Part shown: piece by piece, positions 48,333-58,082 of the stretch
Numbering within the stretch: the stretch's first letter is position 1
Layout: each line of letters begins with the position of its first letter
Source of the DNA: Gallionellales bacterium GWA2_60_142
GTDB taxonomy: Bacteria > Pseudomonadota > Gammaproteobacteria > Burkholderiales > Gallionellaceae
Assembly (NCBI GenBank): GCA_001801085.1
Contig: MGWR01000041.1
Coordinates: forward strand, 25,901-89,900
Reading direction: 5' to 3'
Length of the DNA: 64,000 nucleotides
Notes under the pieces: model-generated
What the model saw: the letters and a program-made list of their open reading frames with translations, nothing else
The model's database searches: none
What the model was told of the DNA's origin: nothing
Translations under genes and position numbers: made by a program

Positions 48333-48974
48333 TCATTTTTTTGCTTCCACCAGATCGTGTGCGATGGCGTAGTGTACGGCCTCGGCATTATTGTTGAAAC
48401 CCATCTTTTCCAGCATGCGGGCGCGGTAGACGCTCACGGTCTTGGGGCTGACCACCATGATTTCGGCAATCTCGGTCAGCGACTTGCCGGAGGCCATCAG
48501 GCACAGCGTCTGGTATTCGCGGTTGGACAGGCTCTGGTGCAACTGTTCCTGCGATTCACCAATCAGGTTGCTCAGCAACTGCTCGGCCAGCGCCGGGCTG
48601 ATGTACTTCTTGCCGCCGACGACCTGATGGATCGCGCCGACCAGCTTCTCTGGCGCACTCTGCTTGTTGATATAGCCCATCGCGCCGGCCTTCAGCGCGC
48701 GCAGGCCGTACTGGTCTTCCGGATACATGCTCAGCACGATGATTTTGATATCCGGCTGTTCGGATTTGAGCTGTTTGAGCACGTCGATGCCGTGCTTGTC
48801 GGATAGCGAGATGTCCAGCAGCACCAGATCGAATTTGTGTTCGCGCGCCATGTTGATGGCCTGCATGCCGGTTTCCGCCTCACCTTTGATGTGGAACTCC
48901 GGGTTCTCTTCGAGCAGCATGATCAGGCCTTTGCGGATCAGCGCGTGATCGTCCACCACCAGAATGTCGATCAT
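48333..48974 (-). CDS. NarL/UvrY-family response regulator (REC + LuxR HTH)
   Basis: ILVVDDH, LLDISL, LKAGAMGYINK, LSNREYQ, SPKTVSVYRAR. Confidence 0.93.
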   Translation of the reverse strand: MIDILVVDDHALIRKGLIMLLEENPEFHIKGEAETGMQAINMAREHKFDLVLLDISLSDKHGIDVLKQLKSEQPDIKIIVLSMYPEDQYGLRALKAGAMGYINKQSAPEKLVGAIHQVVGGKKYISPALAEQLLSNLIGESQEQLHQSLSNREYQTLCLMASGKSLTEIAEIMVVSPKTVSVYRARMLEKMGFNNNAEAVHYAIAHDLVEAKK

Positions 48975-50098
48975 ATCGATGTCCCCCCGAAAAGCGCCTG
49001 TTGCGGGGTTTCTTCCGGCAATGGCACGAACACCGCGATCTGTGTACCCAGTCCCAGCGTGCTGGCGATCTTGACCGTGCCACCCAGATGCGCGACGCGC
49101 TCGTGGATGCCGCGCAGCCCGAAAGAGTGCGGCTTGTCGCGCGTGGCCTCGCTGAAACCCACGCCGTCGTCCGAGACGATCAGTTCGAGGTGATCCGCTC
49201 CCTTGACGATCTCGATCTGCACATGCGAGGCATGGGCGTGCTTCAGGATGTTGTTCAGCGTCTCTTGGCACACCCTGAACAGCGTGATCGAGTAAGTCTC
49301 CGGCAGGTCTATGCTTTCCTGCGACTTGATGATGGTGCAGGGGATGCCGCTGCGCTTGCTGAATTCCTGCGCCTCGATCTCGATCGCGGCGATGATGCCG
49401 AAGCAGTCGAGGAAGCCGGGGCGCAGGCGATGGGCCAGATGGCTGGCCGAAGTGATTGCCCGGTTGACCAGTTCTTCTATGGTTCGGGCCTTCTCGGTTA
49501 ACGTGGGGCTGTCCTTGGGCAGGCGCTGGATCAGCCACAGCAGATCCATGCGCATCGCGGTCAACAGGCTGCCGATTTCGTCGTGGACTTCACGCGCGAT
49601 GCGCAGGCGCTCCTGCTCCTTTGCATCTTGTATATGCGAGGAGAGTTCCAGCAGTTGATGTTGCACTCGCTTGATCTCGAGTTCGCCCAGCTTGCTCTGG
49701 GTAGTGTTGAGCACGATGCCTTCCCAGCGGGGAGCACCCTCTCCGCTGTCTTGCGGCGTCGCCCCAAGACTGACCCATTTCGTCTCGCCGTCCGGCAGCG
49801 TGATGCGTCCTTCCCAGTTCCAGAAGCTACGGGTCTGGGCGGATATCTTCATGCTTTCCAGCAGCGCGGGGAGATCTTCCGGGTGGATCAGTTCGAGGAA
49901 TCGCGATGCGTCGGCTTGGAGTTCGGCAGCCGCGATGCCGAGCAGCGGCTGGCAGCCTTCGCTGACGTAAGGGAAGCGGAAGCGCCCGTCCTCCTGCTGT
50001 TCGATCTGGCAGGCCATGCCGGGCAGGCTTGCGATGAAGCCTTGCAGCTTGTCCGGAGACGGGCTGGCCGGCTGCTGGGTGGTAGGGTTTTTCTGCAT
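48971..50098 (-). CDS. Cytoplasmic PAS sensor histidine kinase (HisKA_3)
   Basis: PAS (FPYVSEG..IHPED), ERLRIAREVHDEIG, QETLNNILKHA, DDGVGF, FGLRGIHERV, GT; no TM segment. Confidence 0.92.
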   Translation of the reverse strand: MQKNPTTQQPASPSPDKLQGFIASLPGMACQIEQQEDGRFRFPYVSEGCQPLLGIAAAELQADASRFLELIHPEDLPALLESMKISAQTRSFWNWEGRITLPDGETKWVSLGATPQDSGEGAPRWEGIVLNTTQSKLGELEIKRVQHQLLELSSHIQDAKEQERLRIAREVHDEIGSLLTAMRMDLLWLIQRLPKDSPTLTEKARTIEELVNRAITSASHLAHRLRPGFLDCFGIIAAIEIEAQEFSKRSGIPCTIIKSQESIDLPETYSITLFRVCQETLNNILKHAHASHVQIEIVKGADHLELIVSDDGVGFSEATRDKPHSFGLRGIHERVAHLGGTVKIASTLGLGTQIAVFVPLPEETPQQALFGGTSI

Positions 50099-50336
50099 TG
50101 AACGGGTCGGGATGCCTATATTATTCTCTGGTTTCGGATGGTGGCGGTGGTTGCTGTCAAAGCGTATCGCCAGACTTCCGATGGAAAAGGTTACTACACC
50201 CACACCATTGCCAGCAATATTATTGATTTGCTCGAAAAATCTTTACACGGCACGAGTATCGGTTGAATATAAAGACCTCGTGCACGAAGTGTGGGTGGTA
50301 TTGTATTTGTTGTTAAACCAACAAAAGGAGAATGTC

Positions 50337-50819
50337 ATGACAAACATCAAAGTGGAAACACGGTATGGCGAATTGAATGTGGATCCTTTGCAAGTGATTA
50401 CCTTGCCGAGAGGGCTGCCGGGATTCGAACAGAATACGAAGTGGAAGTTGTTCCATGAAGTTGACGAACGAGGCGATATCGCCTCGCGAGTGGTTCTTTA
50501 TCTCCAGTCCATCGATGATGGCGGAATATCGATACCACTGACCGATCCGACTCTGTTCGGCTTCAATTACGACCTCGTGCTGTCGGACAGCGAGGCCGCC
50601 GAACTTGGTATCGAAGACCCGGGCGATGTGCTGGTGCTGACGACCTTGTCGCTGAAGAATCCGGAAGCGGGCGGTGCGCGTCGTCTGTCGTCCACTGATA
50701 TGTATGCGAATCTCTCATCTCCTATTCTGATCAACACCAAGTCGCGCATCGGGATGCAGAAGACGCTGGTCGGGCATGAGTCCAAGGTGGGCTTCAAGCC
50801 GATAACATTGCCATTCTGA
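50337..50819 (+). CDS. fliW: Flagellar assembly factor FliW (CsrA antagonist family)
   Basis: TRYGEL..VITLPRGLPGFE, YLQSIDD, DP.LF..NY, ANLSSPILIN...IGMQ; AAGGAG RBS. Confidence 0.85.
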   Translation: MTNIKVETRYGELNVDPLQVITLPRGLPGFEQNTKWKLFHEVDERGDIASRVVLYLQSIDDGGISIPLTDPTLFGFNYDLVLSDSEAAELGIEDPGDVLVLTTLSLKNPEAGGARRLSSTDMYANLSSPILINTKSRIGMQKTLVGHESKVGFKPITLPF

Positions 50820-50863
50820 CGCCGTTGTGATGCGCTCGATTTGTCCGTTCCGCAGGAGAATGT

Positions 50864-53143
50864 TTGATTTCGTCTGAGGAATTGTTGCGTCATGCGGCCA
50901 CCTTTCATCAGGCCGGACAGTATGTCGAGGCGGAGGAGTTGTACCTGAGCATACTGGGGGCGGAGCCGCGGCATCCGGATGCGAATCACAATCTGGGATT
51001 GCTTGCGTTGCAGTTGGGACAGCCCGAACGGGCTTTGCCGTTCCTGCAGACGGCTTGGGAGGCAGATCCGTCGGTCGGCCAGTACTGGCTGACACTGGCG
51101 GAGTGCCTGCTGGCGCTGGGGCATTTCGAGGATGCGCAACGCCTCGTCGATGAGGCGGCGAAGCGCGGCATGAAGACATCGCAAGTGCAGCAGTTGCGCC
51201 TGCTCGCCAAGCGGGGCCGGCAGAAGACTGCGCCGCCCGCTGCCTTGTCCGAGCAGGCGTTGGCGTTGTTTCGGGCGGGCCGCAATGCCGAATTGGAATC
51301 GCATGTGTTGCCTTTGCTCGATCAGTATCCGGGCTGGGTGCTGGGCTGGAGTGCGCTGGGTGCGGCGCTGCAGTTGCAGGACAAGGATGCCGAATCCGTC
51401 CTGCGCCGTGCCGCGTGGCTCGCGCCCGCCGATGCCGATGTGCAGAACAATCTGGGCGTGTTCCTGCGCAAGCGGGGGCGACTCGATGAAGCTGTGGAAA
51501 GCTTGCAGGCTGCGATCCGGCTTAAACCGAAACTTGCGGAAGCGCATTTTAATCTTGGCGCAGCCTTGGCTGACCTGAGAAAGTTCGACGAGGCGTTGCA
51601 GAGCCTGCGGCGAGCCGTGGAACTCAGGCCCGGGCACGCCGAAGCCTGGCACTGCATGGGGGCGTTGTATAGCAGAATGCATCGCTTTGACGATGCCATC
51701 GCGAGCTTTCGGATGGCGTTGGAGAGTAAGCCGGACTGGATAGAGGTCCGCGGCGACATGGGCAGTGCGCTGTGTGGACAGGGGCGCATATCCGAGGCCA
51801 GGGATTGTTACCGCCGGGTGATGGAGGCCAATCCTGCGTTGGCCAGTACATTCAGCAGTTTCCTGTTCTTCCTGAGTCACGATGAGTCGAGCGGAGCGGA
51901 GGAAATATTCCGTGAGCACTGCAAATATGGAGATCGCTTCGAGACCCCGTTGCGCGGGGAGTGGGGTGACTACCTCAACACTCCAGACTTGGAGCGGCCC
52001 TTGCATGTGGGTTTCGTCTCTGCGGACTTCTATCATCATGCGGTTGCGAACTTCATCGAGCCGATCGTTCGGCACATGTCGAGCAATCCGGGATTCGTAT
52101 TGCACGCCTACTCCAACAGGGCGATGGAGGATGAAACGACCCTGCGTCTGAAGGGCTATTTCGCCCACTGGGACATGGTGGTTGGCCTGTCGGACGAAGC
52201 GCTGGCGCGCAAGATTCGCGCGGACGGGATCGACATATTGCTCGATCTTTCCGGCCACACGGGCTACAACCGGCTGCTGACGTTTGCGCGCAAACCTGCG
52301 CCGGTACAGGCGAGCTGGATTGGTTATGCCGGGACCACAGGCCTGCGCGCGATGGACTATTACATTACCGACCGCTTCTTCTTGCCCGGCGGAACGTTCG
52401 ACCATTACTTTACCGAGAAGATCGCGCGGCTGTCTGCCAGCATTCATTTTCTTCCCTCCGAGTACGCGCCGCCGGTGAATGATTTACCCGCGCAGGGAAA
52501 CGGTTATATCACGTTCGGCAGCTTTAACCGCCTGAGCAAGATCAGCCACACTGTCGTGGCGCTATGGTCGCACCTGCTGCGCGAGTTGCCGGATTCCCGG
52601 ATGCTGCTGGGGGGGATGCCGGTGGATGGCGGGTATGAGCAGCTGATCGAGTGGTTCACCCAAGAAGGGATAGCGAGTAATCGGCTGGAATTCCACCCAA
52701 GATCCGGGATGAGTGCCTATCTTGGACTGCACCAGCGGGTGGATATTTGTCTGGATACTTTCCCGTATAACGGCGGGACGACAACTTTCCATGCGCTGTG
52801 GATGGGAGTGCCGACGCTGACTCTGGTTGGCGAGACGCCTGCAGCGCGTTCGGGAGCGTCGATTCTCGGTCAGGCCGGTCTGGATGAGTTCGTTGTCCGG
52901 GATGCGGCGGATTTCGTGGAGAGAGGGAAATACTGGGCGGGTCATCTCTCCGAGTTGTCGGAGTTGCGCGCCGGACTGAGGGAGCGGTTTGCGCAGTCGG
53001 CTGCCGGTCAGCCCGGGGTGGTCGCTGAAAACATCGAGAGGGCGTTGCGCGCCATGTGGCGACGCTGGTGTGCCGGCTTGCCTCCGGAATCGTTTCGGGT
53101 GGATTCGCGAGACAGTATAGATGTCGTGGTGGAGAGTGTCTGA
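50864..53143 (+). CDS. TPR-containing GT41 (OGT/SPINDLY-like) glycosyltransferase, probable flagellin glycosyltransferase
   Basis: Multiple TPRs; VGFVSADFYHHAV, IDILLDLSGHT, KPAPVQASWIGYAGTTG, FGSFNRLSK, LDTFPYNGGTTT..ALWMGVP. Confidence 0.9.
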   Translation: MISSEELLRHAATFHQAGQYVEAEELYLSILGAEPRHPDANHNLGLLALQLGQPERALPFLQTAWEADPSVGQYWLTLAECLLALGHFEDAQRLVDEAAKRGMKTSQVQQLRLLAKRGRQKTAPPAALSEQALALFRAGRNAELESHVLPLLDQYPGWVLGWSALGAALQLQDKDAESVLRRAAWLAPADADVQNNLGVFLRKRGRLDEAVESLQAAIRLKPKLAEAHFNLGAALADLRKFDEALQSLRRAVELRPGHAEAWHCMGALYSRMHRFDDAIASFRMALESKPDWIEVRGDMGSALCGQGRISEARDCYRRVMEANPALASTFSSFLFFLSHDESSGAEEIFREHCKYGDRFETPLRGEWGDYLNTPDLERPLHVGFVSADFYHHAVANFIEPIVRHMSSNPGFVLHAYSNRAMEDETTLRLKGYFAHWDMVVGLSDEALARKIRADGIDILLDLSGHTGYNRLLTFARKPAPVQASWIGYAGTTGLRAMDYYITDRFFLPGGTFDHYFTEKIARLSASIHFLPSEYAPPVNDLPAQGNGYITFGSFNRLSKISHTVVALWSHLLRELPDSRMLLGGMPVDGGYEQLIEWFTQEGIASNRLEFHPRSGMSAYLGLHQRVDICLDTFPYNGGTTTFHALWMGVPTLTLVGETPAARSGASILGQAGLDEFVVRDAADFVERGKYWAGHLSELSELRAGLRERFAQSAAGQPGVVAENIERALRAMWRRWCAGLPPESFRVDSRDSIDVVVESV

Positions 53144-54255
53144 TGGATGATCCGCAAAAAACGATTTATGTGACTCAGCCTCTGTTGCCGGCACTGGATG
53201 AATTCGTTCCTTATCTGGAACAGATCTGGGCGAATAAGTGGTTGACTAACGACGGTCCGTTTCATCGACAGTTGGAGCAGGCCTTAAACGAATACCTTGG
53301 GGTGAAGCATCTGGCCTTGTTTGCCAACGGCACCTTGGCGCTGATCACTGCGTTGCAGGCATTGCGCATCACGGGCGAGGTCATCACCACACCTTACTCG
53401 TTCGTGGCCACGGCGCATTCCCTGCTGTGGAACGGCATCAAGCCGGTGTTCGTCGACATTGACCCGGTCACGCTGAATCTCGATCCGGAAAAGATCGCTG
53501 CGGCGATTACACCGCAGACCACGGCTATCATGCCAGTGCATTGCTATGGGCATCCTTGCGACGTGGAGCGTATCCAGCAGATCGCCGACAATTACGGACT
53601 GAAGGTGATCTATGATGCCGCCCATGCGTTTGCCGTGCAGCGGCATGACGGCAGCGTGCTGAACCATGGCGACCTGTCGGTGTTGAGTTTCCATGCCACC
53701 AAGGTGTTCAACACCTTCGAGGGCGGCGCGATCATCTGTCACGATGCGAAGACCAAGCAGCACATCGATTATCTGAAGAACTTCGGTTTCGAGGACGAAA
53801 AGACCGTGGTCGCGCCGGGGATAAACGGCAAGATGAGCGAGATCAATTCCGCCTTCGGCCTGCTTCAGTTGAAAGGCATAGATGCGGCCCTGCTGCAGCG
53901 CAGGTCTATCGATGCACGCTATCGCACCGAGTTGGCCGCGGTTGACGGCATCGTCTGTCTGCCGGACAAGGGCGAGCGCATCTCCAACTACAGTTATTTC
54001 CCGATTCTGGTGCAGCCGGATTATCCGATGAGCCGGGATGCGCTGTACCAGAAGCTGCATGACAACGGCATCCATGCCCGGCGCTATTTTTATCCGCTGA
54101 TCAGCGACTTTCCGATGTATCGCAGCATGCCCTCGGCGGCGCCCGAGAACCTGCCCGTGGCCAGGCGGGTGGCGGAACAGGTCATCTGTTTGCCGATCTA
54201 TCCGGGACTCTCCGATGAGGAGGTCGATTTTATCCTCGGGCTGCTGAAGCATTAG
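53143..54255 (+). CDS. vioA: DegT/DnrJ-family aminotransferase, VioA-like (dTDP-4-amino-4,6-dideoxyglucose)
   Basis: IYVTQPLLP, YDAAHAF, SFHATKVFNTFEGG, GINGKMSE, RRYFYPLIS. Confidence 0.82.
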   Translation: MDDPQKTIYVTQPLLPALDEFVPYLEQIWANKWLTNDGPFHRQLEQALNEYLGVKHLALFANGTLALITALQALRITGEVITTPYSFVATAHSLLWNGIKPVFVDIDPVTLNLDPEKIAAAITPQTTAIMPVHCYGHPCDVERIQQIADNYGLKVIYDAAHAFAVQRHDGSVLNHGDLSVLSFHATKVFNTFEGGAIICHDAKTKQHIDYLKNFGFEDEKTVVAPGINGKMSEINSAFGLLQLKGIDAALLQRRSIDARYRTELAAVDGIVCLPDKGERISNYSYFPILVQPDYPMSRDALYQKLHDNGIHARRYFYPLISDFPMYRSMPSAAPENLPVARRVAEQVICLPIYPGLSDEEVDFILGLLKH

Positions 54256-54262
54256 GGGCAGA

Positions 54263-54964
54263 ATGAAAAGGCTTGCGATCATGCAACCCTATTTCCTGCC
54301 TTATATTGGATATTTCCAGTTGCTGGCGGCGGTGGACAAGTTCGTCGTGCTGGACGATGTGAATCTGATCCGGCGCGGATGGGTCAACAGAAACCGGTTG
54401 TTGCTCGACGGCGCCGCCCATACATTCACGGTCCCGCTGCGGGGCGCGAGCCAGAACCGGTTGATCTGCGAGATGGAACTGGACGACGGGCAGGACTGGC
54501 GGGAAAAACTGCTGCGGACTTTCCATCATGCCTATGGAAAGGCGCCCTGCTATTCGCGGGTCTGGCCGTTGCTTGAGCGGGCGGTCGGCTATCCATCGAT
54601 GCGTCTGAACGAGTACCTACTGTACAGCATACGCGAAATCGCGAGCCATCTGTCGCTGTCGACCGAGATCGTGGGCAGTTCGAGCATCTACGGCAATGCC
54701 GGGTTGAAAGGACAGGAGAGGATCTTGGACATCTGCAGGCAGGAAGGGGCCGATGTCTATATCAATCCGATCGGCGGCGTCGATCTGTATGATCGCGACA
54801 GTTTCAAGGCGCGGGGAATGGAGCTTCGTTTCCTGCGTTCGCGCCCGATTGCGTATGCGCAGGGCAAAGGCGAGCATGTCCCCTGGCTGTCGATAATCGA
54901 CGTGCTGATGTTTAACGAGCCGGACGTCGTCCGGCGATATCTGGGCGAGGCCGATCTGGTCTAG
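54263..54964 (+). CDS. WbqC-family protein
   Basis: AIMQPYFLPYIGYFQL, DDV..RRGWVNRNR, YINPIGG..LY, LSIIDVLMFN. Confidence 0.9.
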   Translation: MKRLAIMQPYFLPYIGYFQLLAAVDKFVVLDDVNLIRRGWVNRNRLLLDGAAHTFTVPLRGASQNRLICEMELDDGQDWREKLLRTFHHAYGKAPCYSRVWPLLERAVGYPSMRLNEYLLYSIREIASHLSLSTEIVGSSSIYGNAGLKGQERILDICRQEGADVYINPIGGVDLYDRDSFKARGMELRFLRSRPIAYAQGKGEHVPWLSIIDVLMFNEPDVVRRYLGEADLV

Positions 54965-55037
54965 ATGATGACGCACATGCGATGGGAAATGCGGTGTTGT
55001 CGTGCGGGGATTAACCTGGTGTGAAAGAGTGGATCAA

Positions 55038-56183
55038 ATGCAACTGGATAAAAGTGTGAAGCAATGTCGGCCGGAGCGCGCGACGCTGGTATTCCCCGCC
55101 ACTCATCCCGACGGACTGAAATACCTTGAGGCCGCGCGTGAGCGCGACGAGAACGTGGTCGCGGCGACTTCCGAGAGCGGGGCGGTGCTGCCGGGAGGAA
55201 GCGGCGAGTTGATCGTGCTGCCCTATGTTCACGAGGCGGCGTTTCCGGAGCGTTTTATCGGTCTGATCCGGGAGCACAACATTACCCGTGTTTATGTGCC
55301 TGTCGCCGCGGTGTATTCCTGGTTGAACCGTTTCATCGCAGAACAAAATCTTGCAGTACGCCTCGCTGGCGAATCGCCGATCAAGCGCGAAATGGGGCGC
55401 TTCAACCAGCTGATCGGCAAGGTGAGCAGCTACCGTCGATTTATCGACGAATGCGCGGGCGGATCGAGCGACCTGGGCGATCTCGAGATCGCGTCGGTAT
55501 TGCGGATGGCGGATCATATCTACGGCGAATCCAACGAGCACAAGATCGCGGCGATGATGGCGATCTTCTCCAGTGTTCCCAAGGGCGATGTCATTGAAAT
55601 CGGTGCGCTGGTGGGCAAGTCCGCTGCGGTGCTTGCTTTCCTGGCGAGGCGGTATGACGTTGGCAACGTTCTCGCGGTCGACCCTTGGCAATCAAGCTCG
55701 GCTACGCAATACGATTCTCCGCCCGCTATACAGGTGGATGCAGTCGGTGAGTGGGACTATGAAATATTGCCGCAGGATTTTATAGTCAACATGCTGCCGG
55801 TGGGCTTGGGATGTTTTAATTATCTGCGTCAGGATTCAAAGCAGGGATTCGAGAGCTTCCGGAGAGATCGTGCGGTTGCGAGCAAGGTATTCGGGAAGGT
55901 CGATTATCAGGGCAAGATTGCGATAATCCACATCGACGGCAATCACGACTATGCCAATGTGAAGCAGGATTGCGAATTATGGTTGCCGTTGATGGTGCCG
56001 AACGGGTGGTTGATTCTGGATGATTATCAGTGGGCTCACGGTGATGGAGTGCTGCGAGTCGGAGATGGCTTGCTGGAGCAATGTGCCCAGGATATTGAGC
56101 GTGCATTTGTCTGCGGAAAAGCGTTGTTTGTTAAGTTTGGGGCGAAAGGCGTCTCGGGGCCGTCGAGCTTCACTCTCGAATAA
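55038..56183 (+). CDS. Class I SAM methyltransferase (Methyltransf_24-like) with extra N-terminal domain
   Basis: VIEIGALVGKS, AVDPW, IHIDGNHDY, GWLILDDY; start uncertain. Confidence 0.78.
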   Translation: MQLDKSVKQCRPERATLVFPATHPDGLKYLEAARERDENVVAATSESGAVLPGGSGELIVLPYVHEAAFPERFIGLIREHNITRVYVPVAAVYSWLNRFIAEQNLAVRLAGESPIKREMGRFNQLIGKVSSYRRFIDECAGGSSDLGDLEIASVLRMADHIYGESNEHKIAAMMAIFSSVPKGDVIEIGALVGKSAAVLAFLARRYDVGNVLAVDPWQSSSATQYDSPPAIQVDAVGEWDYEILPQDFIVNMLPVGLGCFNYLRQDSKQGFESFRRDRAVASKVFGKVDYQGKIAIIHIDGNHDYANVKQDCELWLPLMVPNGWLILDDYQWAHGDGVLRVGDGLLEQCAQDIERAFVCGKALFVKFGAKGVSGPSSFTLE

Positions 56184-56271
56184 GGCGTCAAAGGTGCACT
56201 GATGCCATACCCAACGCACAGGCGGGCAACTATAATTTTGTTTTTATAACTACACTGAAGAGGGATAGGCA

Positions 56272-57006
56272 ATGACTGATTTAAGGGAGCGTACGTATGT
56301 CGATGGTGTTTTTGAATCCATGAAGTTCGCGGATAAACGCGAGGGGTACTACCGTGGCCTGGAAGAAATGAAAGGTATGGGATACCCGACCGAGGACTTC
56401 ATCCATCATTATCCATGCTTCGTCGGACATCTGACACTTGCCCGTTTCCTTTCTCTGAATGAGTGCTATCAGAAAACTCTGGGCATTTCCGGCCACATCG
56501 CGGATGTGGGGGTCTACAAGGGAGCTAGCCTTCTTTATTTTTCGAAGCTTGTGCAAATCTATGAATCGACCACGCTTACGCAAGTTCATGGTTTTGACTG
56601 GTTCAAGGGAAATGCGCCTTCAGTTGATGAGCCCAGTGTCTTGCCCGGCAGCAGCGCAGAGTCTTACGAGCGGGTTTCTAAGCTGATTGAAGCGCAATCT
56701 TTGCAGCATATTACCCGCCTGCACAAAGTCGACCTGACTCGGGAGTTGGGGGCGTTTTTTGAGAAGCATGCGCACCTTCAATTCAAGCTGGCTTTCCTGG
56801 ATACGGGCACCTACGATGTCGTTAAAGCCTCGTTGCCGTACTTCTGGGAGCGCCTGACCAAAGGGGGAATTATGGTTCTCGATCAGTACAACACCGAAAT
56901 TGCTCCGGGTGAGACAAAGGCAGTGCGCGAGTTCTTCGAAGACAAGGGATGCGTCATCCGTACGTTCCCGACTGGCTGGATGCCCACGGCCTATATCGTT
57001 AAGTAG
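56272..57006 (+). CDS. TylF/MycF/NovP-family O-methyltransferase
   Basis: GHIADVGVYKGAS, VHGFDWFKG, AFLDTGTYD, GGIMVLDQY, PGETKAVREF. Confidence 0.82.
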   Translation: MTDLRERTYVDGVFESMKFADKREGYYRGLEEMKGMGYPTEDFIHHYPCFVGHLTLARFLSLNECYQKTLGISGHIADVGVYKGASLLYFSKLVQIYESTTLTQVHGFDWFKGNAPSVDEPSVLPGSSAESYERVSKLIEAQSLQHITRLHKVDLTRELGAFFEKHAHLQFKLAFLDTGTYDVVKASLPYFWERLTKGGIMVLDQYNTEIAPGETKAVREFFEDKGCVIRTFPTGWMPTAYIVK

Positions 57007-57236
57007 TGCTTTGTGCCCATCCTCGTTCCGGATCGGAGCGGGGTATGAGGGGCAAGCGAGGGCTTCGTGCTGACTTCCGGTTCATGTTCTCTTGCGTTGC
57101 TGCGAGAAACGCCGCCTGTCTATCCGGCTGATCGTGAGTTTGAATAATGCGGTTCTTTTCAGTTGATGTGATGGGCGCTGTTAAAAATGGCAGCTTGACG
57201 TCGGCGTATAAATTATTTGAATAAGGGAGAGAATTT

Positions 57237-57998
57237 ATGCATCAGAACTATGTGAAGGAAATTCAGGATAAGGGCTTTGTCAGACTCGACGGGCTTTTTG
57301 ACGTGGGCACGGTGCAGGAGTTGAAGTCGAAGATGTTGCAATATGACATCGTGCGCAGTGAGATCAATAACTTTATTTACAATCTGCAAAATAAAGACAT
57401 CAATTACTACACGCTGATTATGAGGCATCCCCTGCTGAAAAGCATACTGCTGGCGTGCCTTAATGATGAATGGTACAAAAAAATCCCCCTGGACAAGGCA
57501 AACTTCATCTTGCACGGACTTGTCGGTCGAACGGGCGGGGAAAAGGGATTGCATCTTCATACCGACTCCTACATTCCGCATGCGGGCCCGCACATCTGGA
57601 ATATGGTCGTTACCATCGCATTGGACAACAGTACTGTGGACAACGGGTGTACCAGGTTTGTCCCCGGCTCACACCGCTTCGGCTGCTACTGTACGCAAGA
57701 CTGGCTGAAATACGCGGTTCCAATGGAATGCAAGCCGGGGGATGTCATTGTTTGGGATACTCGTCTTTGGCACGCGGCAGGTGCTGCAGGTTCTGAAACC
57801 CGTTGGGTCATCCATGGTACTTTTTCTCGCTGGTGGTTGAAATCCGTATGGGATATCCCCAGGGCGCTTCCCCGAGAATTTCTGAGTGGTTTGTCGGACG
57901 AGGAAAAAAGCGTTCTCGGCTTTTGCACCATGTCGCCACTGAATGAGAAAGAAGGCATCCTGTTGCAGGGCGGGTACGAAAGGCTGGCCGGACTCTGA
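57237..57998 (+). CDS. Phytanoyl-CoA dioxygenase-like Fe(II)/2OG oxygenase
   Basis: LHTDS (HxD), IALD..T.DNGCTRFVPGSH, GDVIVWDTRLWHAAG. Confidence 0.85.
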   Translation: MHQNYVKEIQDKGFVRLDGLFDVGTVQELKSKMLQYDIVRSEINNFIYNLQNKDINYYTLIMRHPLLKSILLACLNDEWYKKIPLDKANFILHGLVGRTGGEKGLHLHTDSYIPHAGPHIWNMVVTIALDNSTVDNGCTRFVPGSHRFGCYCTQDWLKYAVPMECKPGDVIVWDTRLWHAAGAAGSETRWVIHGTFSRWWLKSVWDIPRALPREFLSGLSDEEKSVLGFCTMSPLNEKEGILLQGGYERLAGL

Positions 57999-58082
57999 TT
58001 CGGGCGAGGGGGCTGATTTTGGCATCCGCACTAGGCTGGTTTTTCCGGTGCGCTCAAGATCCTCGTTGAGCGCGACAAACGA

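Noticed and set aside
48975-49538. Long N-terminal extension of the response regulator ORF (similarly for fliP, fliI, fliW, vioA and the DGC)
   Set aside because: These are ORF-caller extensions overlapping upstream genes. Homology starts at internal Met codons, several with an RBS or stop/start overlap.
50567-52447. 626-aa antisense ORF, and similar long shadow ORFs (8794-10287, 6764-8092, 20860-22131, 42705-43907)
   Set aside because: They overlap well-supported genes on the opposite strand, have no recognisable motifs, and are expected in high-GC DNA.
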